64,000 nucleotides of DNA. It comes from an uncultured Bacteroidales bacterium (lineage in GTDB: Bacteria; Bacteroidota; Bacteroidia; Bacteroidales; SZUA-534). The stretch covers positions 10,388 through 74,387 of the forward strand of contig CBDUWQ010000001.1 of assembly GCA_965370965.1 (NCBI GenBank). The letters run 5' to 3'. The stretch's first letter is position 1, and each line of letters opens with the position of its first letter. Shown piece after piece: positions 56,988 to 64,000 of the stretch. A model generated the notes under the pieces. The model was not told where the DNA came from and did not search any database. It saw nothing but the letters and a program-made list of their open reading frames with translations. The translations under genes and the position numbers were made by a program.

Positions 56988-57488
56988 GTGAGTAGCGAAG
57001 AAGCAATAAAAAAGATTGAAGAACACCAACCTTTAATTAGGAAGGTAAGCTTTATGTATGGACATAATAGTGCTGAATCTGACGATATGTTTCAAGAAAT
57101 ATGTATTCAGGCTTGGAGGGCTTACCCACAATTTAAAGGCGATTCAAAATTCTCAACATGGCTGTATAGGGTAGCCATAAACACGGCAATTTCGTGGATA
57201 CGAAAAGAGAAAAAGCATAAGCTCGATAATAGTGATGACGAAAAGCTGTTTGGTGTGCACGACGATACGCCATTTTATGTTAAGGAAGAGAAAAAGGAGC
57301 AGGTTTCGGCTTTGCACAGGGCAATAAAAAAACTGAATGATATTGACAGAACATTGGTGTTATTGTATTTAGAGGAGGTTGCTTATGCCGAAATTTCTGA
57401 AATTTTAGGTTTAACGGTAAATAACATTAAGGTTAAAATGAGCCGGGTAAAAAAACGGTTAAAAAAAATAATGGACAATGATAAATGA
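56988..57488 (+). CDS. ECF-subfamily RNA polymerase sigma-70 factor
   Basis: Region 2 (DDMFQEICIQAWRAYPQFKGDSKFSTWLYRVAINTAISWIRK) and region 4 (LVLLYLEEVAYAEISEILGLTVNNIKVKMSRVKKRL). GTG start. Confidence 0.88.
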   Translation: MSSEEAIKKIEEHQPLIRKVSFMYGHNSAESDDMFQEICIQAWRAYPQFKGDSKFSTWLYRVAINTAISWIRKEKKHKLDNSDDEKLFGVHDDTPFYVKEEKKEQVSALHRAIKKLNDIDRTLVLLYLEEVAYAEISEILGLTVNNIKVKMSRVKKRLKKIMDNDK

Positions 57489-58107
57489 ATTGGATAATTT
57501 AAAAAATGTATGGAAAACTATCTCCGAAGCAGACTCTAAAAAGAAATATTCTGCCGAGGATTTAAAGCGGATAGTTAAAAAAAGGTCGAATAGCGAGCTG
57601 GAGAAAATACGCCGCAAACTTATAATTGAGTGGACACTTGCCATTGCCCTTTCAGTATTTTTGGTACTATTTATCAGATTTATTAATCCTGCCGATACTA
57701 AATATGCCTTACTGTTTATTGTTGTTATTTTAGCATTAAGCTTTTTTCCATATCTAAATGTTATTCGTCTTAATTTTTCTTCTCACCCCGATTTAAAAAA
57801 TTACCTTGGCGAGTTTTTAGCTCGATTTGATAAACTAGTACAACAATATATCCGCATGGCTGTCATATTAGTTCCGGTAGCAGGGTTAGGTGGCTTTTTG
57901 CTTGGTTTCCATAGTTCAGCAACCCCCGATGAGTGGGATGGTTTTTTTACATTGACCAACCTGCTTTTTGCTTTTTTGACAGTGGCATTTGTATCGGTTG
58001 GGGGGTGTTGGGTGCAGCGCCGCTATTTTAAATGGATTTACGGTAAAAACCTTCAACGTCTCCGCAATTGCCTCCGCGATTTAGAAGAGGTTGAGGAGAT
58101 TGAATAG
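57478..58107 (+). CDS. membrane protein, probable cognate anti-sigma factor
   Basis: Overlaps the sigma gene stop by 11 nt. It has a cytoplasmic N-terminus followed by about four TM helices. No recognisable zinc-binding anti-sigma (ZAS) motif, so the function is inferred from context. Confidence 0.45.
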   Translation: MINELDNLKNVWKTISEADSKKKYSAEDLKRIVKKRSNSELEKIRRKLIIEWTLAIALSVFLVLFIRFINPADTKYALLFIVVILALSFFPYLNVIRLNFSSHPDLKNYLGEFLARFDKLVQQYIRMAVILVPVAGLGGFLLGFHSSATPDEWDGFFTLTNLLFAFLTVAFVSVGGCWVQRRYFKWIYGKNLQRLRNCLRDLEEVEEIE

Positions 58108-58265
58108 AAGCCCTTTAGTTTTATAATTGGTATTATACACATAATTTTGAAATAGTTGGGTGTACGACAAAACCCACAAATTATTGATAATGATGGAGAA
58201 GTAGGTGTTTGGACCACCGGCTTCCAGCCGGTTTGCTAAAGTGTTTTTTTTTCAATTAAATACCC

Positions 58266-58273
58266 TATCTTTG
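58266..58273 (+). promoter_or_regulatory. candidate -7 box TATCTTTG for the T9SS cargo gene
   Basis: Exact TAnnTTTG match 31 nt upstream of the ATG at 58305. Confidence 0.45.
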
Positions 58274-58304
58274 ATTTACATAACATAACCAAAATATAAC
58301 TACT

Positions 58305-60650
58305 ATGAAGAATGTATTATTATTAGTAAGCCTATCACTAATGGTTTTAGGCTTAAATGCACAAGAGCTTACAACCGTTAGCTCAAAAAAAAGCAAAACA
58401 GTTAAACAAAAAGTTACCCAAAATAGTACAAAAACCTATGGCGATGTTATTTGGGAAGAAGATTTTAACAAAGACAAATGGTTTAGTACAGTAAAAGAAG
58501 ACGACCAAGGGTATCTGTTAGATACAACAGCCACTATGCCCGTTGGGTGGACATTTATTGACAACACCAACAACAGCTATTATTGGCATTGGAGCGATGT
58601 GGGACCAAGAGGAGCTTATACCTCTGGATATGATGATGATCCTTTTACTCCTAACAATGATTTGCTTGATATGTTACCCGATGAAACCACTATTGATAAC
58701 GGTTTTATGCTGTTAGAAAGTGATTATTTTAACACAACACCCGAAGGAGAAATGGTGGATAACCCAATTGATATGAATACTTATTTTGAATTTGGACCAA
58801 TTAATTTTAGCAGTTATGAGGTAGTAATGTTTAATTGTAAAATATTAAATTATTTATGCTGTGAAACTAATATTTTGGTGGGACTTTATATTAGTAGCGA
58901 TTATAATCCTACCTCAAATACCGGAAATTGGGAACTGTTTAAACTTAACACCCAATATGGTGGTGATTTTACTATAGATAGAGATATGCATATTGATGTA
59001 AGCAATGTAACAGCAGGGCATAATAATGTGTATTTTAGAATTGGTAAAAAACAAGCATCACATTATTTTGTAATTATTGATGATATTAAGTTTTATGAGC
59101 CACCTGTACACAATTTGGAAGTGGAATATGGTTGGGCCGATTATATTTATGATGCAGAAGATGCGGATTATAAGGTTGATGAAACACTTGCATACAATTT
59201 TTGGGGTGGTTATACTGAAATTCCTTATCCGGCAGTATCAAACTTTGTAAAATTCAGAGCCGCAGTATATAATTTTGCAACTAACGATGCTGAAAACAGT
59301 AAGCTTAATGTTAAAATATTTAAAGATGAGGTATTGGATTACTCCATATCATCAGAACCAAAATTGATATCAACAATGGAAAAAGATACATTAAGGGTTT
59401 TTACCGATTATGCGCCTACCGAGGTTGGTAATTATCAAGTATCAATGACTATTACACAAGGCGACGATGATGAATTGTTCGGCAACAATGGTTGGGGTTA
59501 TAACTTTAAGGTTACCGATGGAAATCGATTCTCAAGAGTACGCCACGGTATGGAGGAAGAATTTATTTGGGCAGGACCAAGAGAATGGGTGCTAGGCGGA
59601 AATGATGGCGACAGATGTGTTCAGCGGTTTACAATATCAGATGTAACAGGTAGTGTTCATGTTAAGGGTATAAGTGTTTATATTGATGATTATACCAACC
59701 GCCCCGATGAGATTGCTGCTATTGAAAATGGTGATTTTTCGATGATTGCACATTTATATAAGGTAAACGAAAACGATTCAATTATTGATACAGGAATATC
59801 ATCTGATGAATATACATTAGTAGTTTCAGATACCGCTACATGGGTAACCCTTGACTTTAAAGATGAAGTCAACTTAGTTATTGGCTCAGGGTTATACTAT
59901 GCAGGAATTGAAATATTTACCGGAAATATTGACTTAAGATTTCAAATAGGGGAAGATACAGGTGCTACTACGCAACCAAATGGTGGTGGTTTAGTTTACT
60001 TTAATCCTACTAATCCTATATGGGTTAAAAGTGGCGATAACTATGCTATTGATTTGATTATTGATACCTATAATAGCATTTATATTACATTTAATGTTGA
60101 TATGACAAATGTTGAAACTTTTAACCCGGATAACGATACAGTTTATGTTACCGGAAATTTTGCAGATTGGGACGTACCCGGCACAGGTCAATCACGGATA
60201 TTGACCGATGTAAATAATGATTTAGTGTATTCAGGTATTATTCCAATGATTTCATATTATGGCGAAATGCAATATAAATACTATATAAATTCGGGTTTGC
60301 TTGGTAGCGAATGGGAAGGTGAACCTAACCGTACCTTAAATATTATTGATACCAATATAGTTATTAATCCACCCGATATATTTGGACTATTGCAGAGTAT
60401 TAATGGTAAAAATTTATTAAATAATATTTTAGTTTACCCAAACCCGTTTAGTGGAAATATAGTTGTTAGTAACCTAAGCAATGCTAAACAAATAATGGTA
60501 AGCTATATATTGGGACAAACTATATTATCAATACCGGTAACAGGTAATAAAATTGATGTTGATACCCAGAATCTTAAAAAAGGAGTTTACCTAATAACTA
60601 TTATTGATAATAATAACAACACCATTACTAAAAAAGTGGTTAAAAATTAA
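58305..60650 (+). CDS. secreted multidomain protein with T9SS C-terminal sorting domain and a CBM20-like carbohydrate-binding module
   Basis: Signal peptide. The N-terminal domain resembles choice-of-anchor-J/MAM-like modules (VIWEEDF..MPVGWTFID). It also has YVTGNFADWDVPG..YKYYI..EWEGEPNRT (CBM20-like) and the C-terminal tail ILVYPNPFSGNIVV..GVYLITIID..KKVVKN. Confidence 0.7.
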   Translation: MKNVLLLVSLSLMVLGLNAQELTTVSSKKSKTVKQKVTQNSTKTYGDVIWEEDFNKDKWFSTVKEDDQGYLLDTTATMPVGWTFIDNTNNSYYWHWSDVGPRGAYTSGYDDDPFTPNNDLLDMLPDETTIDNGFMLLESDYFNTTPEGEMVDNPIDMNTYFEFGPINFSSYEVVMFNCKILNYLCCETNILVGLYISSDYNPTSNTGNWELFKLNTQYGGDFTIDRDMHIDVSNVTAGHNNVYFRIGKKQASHYFVIIDDIKFYEPPVHNLEVEYGWADYIYDAEDADYKVDETLAYNFWGGYTEIPYPAVSNFVKFRAAVYNFATNDAENSKLNVKIFKDEVLDYSISSEPKLISTMEKDTLRVFTDYAPTEVGNYQVSMTITQGDDDELFGNNGWGYNFKVTDGNRFSRVRHGMEEEFIWAGPREWVLGGNDGDRCVQRFTISDVTGSVHVKGISVYIDDYTNRPDEIAAIENGDFSMIAHLYKVNENDSIIDTGISSDEYTLVVSDTATWVTLDFKDEVNLVIGSGLYYAGIEIFTGNIDLRFQIGEDTGATTQPNGGGLVYFNPTNPIWVKSGDNYAIDLIIDTYNSIYITFNVDMTNVETFNPDNDTVYVTGNFADWDVPGTGQSRILTDVNNDLVYSGIIPMISYYGEMQYKYYINSGLLGSEWEGEPNRTLNIIDTNIVINPPDIFGLLQSINGKNLLNNILVYPNPFSGNIVVSNLSNAKQIMVSYILGQTILSIPVTGNKIDVDTQNLKKGVYLITIIDNNNNTITKKVVKN

Positions 60651-60718
60651 TTGCAAATAAAATAGGATATCTGATTGTCCTGTAATTTTAAAATTTGTAA
60701 TTTAAAAGTATAGTTTAT

Positions 60719-60757
60719 CCCTACGAGTGTTTAAAACCCTCGTAGGGATTTCTTTTT
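60719..60757 (+). terminator. rho-independent terminator after the T9SS cargo gene
   Basis: CCCTACGAG-(11 nt)-CTCGTAGGG followed by ATTTCTTTTT. Confidence 0.75.
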
Positions 60758-60800
60758 GTAATTGCTTTTTCTTGGTTGATTTATTATAAATAGAATAGCC

Positions 60801-60886
60801 TAAAATTCGTGGTATCCTGTCCTAATGTTATAGGCAGGCGGGTTCGTGTAATTAATGGATTGGTATAATCCGTTTGCGGATTTATG
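60801..60886 (+). repeat. repeat family A, full-length copy 2 (86 nt)
   Basis: 77/86 gapless identity to the reverse complement of 18381-18466. It ends 101 nt upstream of the dnaE ATG. Confidence 0.85.
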
Positions 60887-60987
60887 AAATAGTAAAATTG
60901 TTTCTTTCCAAACTTATTAACATTCTGATATTTTTCGTCAATAAAACTTTAATTTTACTTTTTCAAAAAGTATAATATCTGCCATAT

Positions 60988-63900
60988 ATGTTTTTAATAT
61001 TTGATACCGAAACAACAGGATTACCAAAAAAATGGAGAGCACCTTTAACTGACTTTAATAATTGGCCACGCATGGTACAACTTGCATGGCAATGCCACGA
61101 CTTAAAAGGCAACCTGCTTTTTGCCAAAAATCATGTAATAAAACCCGATGGTTATACTATACCCGATGAGGTGGTAAATATACACGGTATTTCAAATAAA
61201 ATTGCAAATGAAAAGGGCATCTTGTTAAAGGATGCTTTATTAGACTTTGTTGAAGATGTAAAAAAGGCAAAATTTATTATTGGGCACAATGTTGAGTTTG
61301 ATATTAATATTGTAGGCTGTGAACTTTTGCGTTGTGGTTTGCCCGAAGTTGTATCGAAAGTACCGCATATTTGCACAAAAATTGAGAGTACCGATTATTG
61401 CGCAATAATGAAAAGCGGCCGCCCCAAATGGCCTACCTTAACCGAACTGCACACTAAACTTTTTGGCGTACCTTTTGATGAAGCACATAATGCTGCAGCC
61501 GATGTTGAAGCTACCACTCGCTGTTTTCTTGAGCTTGTAAGGGTAGGGGGGGTAACTGCCCAAAGGCTTGAAATGGCTGAACATGAGGTTGTTGATTTTA
61601 AAAAAAATAACCCGAGTGAAATACAATTGGCAGGCATTGAGTATGAGTCGTTTAAAACCGATAAACTGGCTGATATTTCAATAGAAGAAGAAGAAAAAAA
61701 ACAGACCGAAGCAGCAAAACAGTCGGGCAAAATACCCTTTGTACACCTACATGTTCATTCGCAATACTCTATTTTAGATGGGGCAGTAAGCACAGAGCAA
61801 CTTGCCAATAAAGCTAAAGAGGACGGTATGCCGGCAGTTGCTATTACCGACCATGGAACCATGTTTGGTGTAAAAGAGTTTCATGTGGCATGTAAAAAAG
61901 CAGGGGTAAAGCCAATTATTGGTATTGAAGCTTACGTGGCAAAACGGGGGCATCTCCGTAAAGACGATAAAATTGATGGGTCGGGAGAGCATTTGATACT
62001 GTTGGCAAAAAACAAAAAAGGGTACAAAAATTTATTAAAACTGACATCTATTGCCCATATCGACGGATTTTATTATAAACCCCGTATTGATAAAGAGCTG
62101 TTGGATAAATACCATGAGGGGCTTATTGTGTCGTCGGCATGTTTGGGTGGCGAACTGTCGCAGCTTATTATGAATGGCAATTTTGATAAAGCCGAAGAAA
62201 CTATTTTGTGGTATAAAAATATTTTTGGCAATGATTATTACCTTGAGCTTATGCGCCATCAGAATGACGATGTACGTTTGCGCAAAGATGTTTGGGAAAA
62301 TCAGGTAAAAGTAAACAAAGTGTTGCTTGATATGTCGAAAAAATTGGGGGTTAAAGTTATTGCCACCAACGATGTGCATTTTGCCAATGAGGAAGATGCC
62401 GAATCACATGATTTACTTGTATGCTTAAATACAGGGCGTAATTATGACGACCCTACCCGTATGCGATACACTAAGCAAGAGTGGTTTAAAACCTCGGTCG
62501 AGATGAGCTCAATATTTGCCGATATACCCGAAGCGCTTGAAAATACCATTGAAATTGCCAATAAGGTTGAGACATATAAGTTAGATTCGCAGCCAATAAT
62601 GCCCGAATTTAATATACCCGACGATTTTGGTAATATTACTCAATACACCGAAAAATTTACAGAACAAACTTTAATTGAGGAGTTTGGTGCAGATGTATTT
62701 AAACGCCTTGGAGGATATAAAAAGGTACTTCAAATAAAATTTGAATCAGATTATTTGGAACACCTTACATTTATTGGGGCAAAAAAAAGGTATGGCGATG
62801 ATTTATCGGAGTCGGTTAATGAAAGGCTGACTTTTGAGTTAAATGTCATTAAAACAATGGGTTTTCCAGGCTATTTTTTAATTACCCAAGATTTTATTAA
62901 TGCTGCAAAAGATATGGGTGTAATTGTTGGACCCGGTCGAGGTTCGGCAGCCGGTTCGGCAGTAGCCTATTGTATTGGCATTACCAATGTTGACCCTATT
63001 AAATACAATTTGCTGTTTGAGCGTTTTTTGAATCCCGACAGGGTATCGATGCCCGATGTTGATATTGATTTTGATGATGATGGAAGGCAACAGGTGCTTG
63101 ATTGGGTAACCAATAAATACGGCAAAGATAAAGTTGCTCATATATGTACTTTTGGTACCATGGCCACAAAATCGGCAATAAAAGATGTGGCAAGGGTTAT
63201 TGAACTGCCGTTGAGTGAGGCAAACCGCTTGGCAAAATTAGTGCCCGAAACTCCCAAAATGAATTTTAAAAAAGCATATAAGGAGAGCCATGAGCTGAAA
63301 AAGGAGAGAAATTCGGACGATGAGGTTATTGTCAGAACATTAATGAATGCCGAAAAACTTGAAGGTTCGATAAGGCAGAGCGGTGTGCATGCTTGTGGCA
63401 TATTAATTAGTCGCGACCCACTTGTTGAACACCTTCCGGTAATGCCCACAAAGGGAGAGAAGTTGCTTACCACACAATATGATGGGCGTTTTGTTGAGGA
63501 TATTGGTCTTTTAAAAATGGACTTTTTGGGGTTAAAAACGCTTTCAATTATTAAAGATACTTTAGATAATGTAAAGCACTCAAAAGGTATTACCATTGAC
63601 ATTGACAAAATATCGTTTGAGGATGAAAAAACTTATGAGCTGTTTAGTAAGGGCGAAACTTCGGCTATATTCCAGTTTGAAAGTCCTGGAATGAGAAAAC
63701 ACCTTCAAAACCTTAAACCAGACAGATTTAACGATTTGGTGGCAATGAATGCTCTGTATCGCCCCGGACCAATGGAATATATACCATCTTTTATTGCACG
63801 AAAGCATGGTCGCGAAAAGGTGACATATGACCATCCGTTAATGGAGCCATTTTTGAAAGATACCTATGGAATTACTGTTTATCAGGAGCAGGTTATGCTT

Positions 63901-64000
63901 CAGTCAAGAGCATTGGGAGGATTTACAAGGGGTATGTCCGACTCGCTGCGAAAAGCCATGGGAAAGAAGAAAAAAGCCGAAATGGACAATTTAAAGGAAA
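60988..64000 (+). CDS. dnaE: DNA polymerase III alpha subunit (DnaE) with N-terminal fused DEDDh 3'-5' exonuclease domain; continues past the right edge
   Basis: One uninterrupted frame runs from the ATG at 60988 to the window end. ExoI is LIFDTETTG, ExoII is GHNVEFD, ExoIII is HNAAADVEAT. A linker follows, then PHP FVHLHVHSQYSILDG..AITDHG, then the polymerase core GFPGYFLI..GPGRGSAAGS..PDVDIDF..GVHACG..LKMDFLGL. It is not in the ORF track because it is edge-truncated. Confidence 0.93.
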   Translation, partial: MFLIFDTETTGLPKKWRAPLTDFNNWPRMVQLAWQCHDLKGNLLFAKNHVIKPDGYTIPDEVVNIHGISNKIANEKGILLKDALLDFVEDVKKAKFIIGHNVEFDINIVGCELLRCGLPEVVSKVPHICTKIESTDYCAIMKSGRPKWPTLTELHTKLFGVPFDEAHNAAADVEATTRCFLELVRVGGVTAQRLEMAEHEVVDFKKNNPSEIQLAGIEYESFKTDKLADISIEEEEKKQTEAAKQSGKIPFVHLHVHSQYSILDGAVSTEQLANKAKEDGMPAVAITDHGTMFGVKEFHVACKKAGVKPIIGIEAYVAKRGHLRKDDKIDGSGEHLILLAKNKKGYKNLLKLTSIAHIDGFYYKPRIDKELLDKYHEGLIVSSACLGGELSQLIMNGNFDKAEETILWYKNIFGNDYYLELMRHQNDDVRLRKDVWENQVKVNKVLLDMSKKLGVKVIATNDVHFANEEDAESHDLLVCLNTGRNYDDPTRMRYTKQEWFKTSVEMSSIFADIPEALENTIEIANKVETYKLDSQPIMPEFNIPDDFGNITQYTEKFTEQTLIEEFGADVFKRLGGYKKVLQIKFESDYLEHLTFIGAKKRYGDDLSESVNERLTFELNVIKTMGFPGYFLITQDFINAAKDMGVIVGPGRGSAAGSAVAYCIGITNVDPIKYNLLFERFLNPDRVSMPDVDIDFDDDGRQQVLDWVTNKYGKDKVAHICTFGTMATKSAIKDVARVIELPLSEANRLAKLVPETPKMNFKKAYKESHELKKERNSDDEVIVRTLMNAEKLEGSIRQSGVHACGILISRDPLVEHLPVMPTKGEKLLTTQYDGRFVEDIGLLKMDFLGLKTLSIIKDTLDNVKHSKGITIDIDKISFEDEKTYELFSKGETSAIFQFESPGMRKHLQNLKPDRFNDLVAMNALYRPGPMEYIPSFIARKHGREKVTYDHPLMEPFLKDTYGITVYQEQVMLQSRALGGFTRGMSDSLRKAMGKKKKAEMDNLKE

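Noticed and set aside
18381-60886. Family A inverted copies as boundaries of a 42-kb invertible or mobile segment
   Set aside because: The interval holds core housekeeping genes (trxB, dnaN, ftsH, cdsA, psd, rpsP). I saw no recombinase, transposase or integrase in it and no direct target duplications. Additional degenerate copies elsewhere fit a dispersed repeat better.
61152-63834. Nine minus-strand ORFs (60-156 aa) across the right end of the window
   Set aside because: All are antisense to the continuous, strongly conserved dnaE frame, which the ORF track omits because it is edge-truncated.

Overview
AT-rich chromosomal segment of a Bacteroidota bacterium, identified by SusC/SusD, gldF/gldG, T9SS C-terminal sorting domains and TAnnTTTG -7 promoter boxes. 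Coding density is high and most genes are housekeeping: tex (5' part, runs off the left edge), tdk, rsmI, trxB, yebC, dnaN, birA, rsfS-ftsH-cdsA-psd, rimM-rpsP, and dnaE (runs off the right edge). The main accessory block (~7.6-27.5 kb) is a starch/maltodextrin utilisation locus. It holds susC/susD/susE-like genes, three GH13 enzymes (one T9SS-secreted), GH65 maltose phosphorylase, beta-phosphoglucomutase, an MFS sugar transporter and a LacI-family regulator. A decayed DinD-like pseudogene sits inside it. I found no CRISPR array, tRNA, rRNA, transposase, integrase or recognisable defence system. Two genes are missing from the ORF track because they cross the window edges (tex, dnaE), and a 56-aa 2x[4Fe-4S] ferredoxin falls below the track's size cut-off. 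The least-explained signal is in the intergenic DNA: (a) an 86-nt repeat present twice at 77/86 identity plus two degenerate copies; (b) a 45-nt repeat family; (c) an exact 21-mer repeat; (d) a recurrent palindromic ...TGAATWATTCAGGTTA motif that often abuts stop codons; and (e) a ~205-nt multi-hairpin element with an embedded terminator-like hairpin just upstream of the SusA-like gene. Protein-level oddities are a DnaE with an N-terminal DEDDh exonuclease fusion, an outer-membrane barrel plus AsmA/DUF748-like gene pair, a NifX-like/atypical thioredoxin/TrxB trio, and an S16 with a long repetitive K/E/A tail. All family assignments come from reading motifs by eye; no searches were run.
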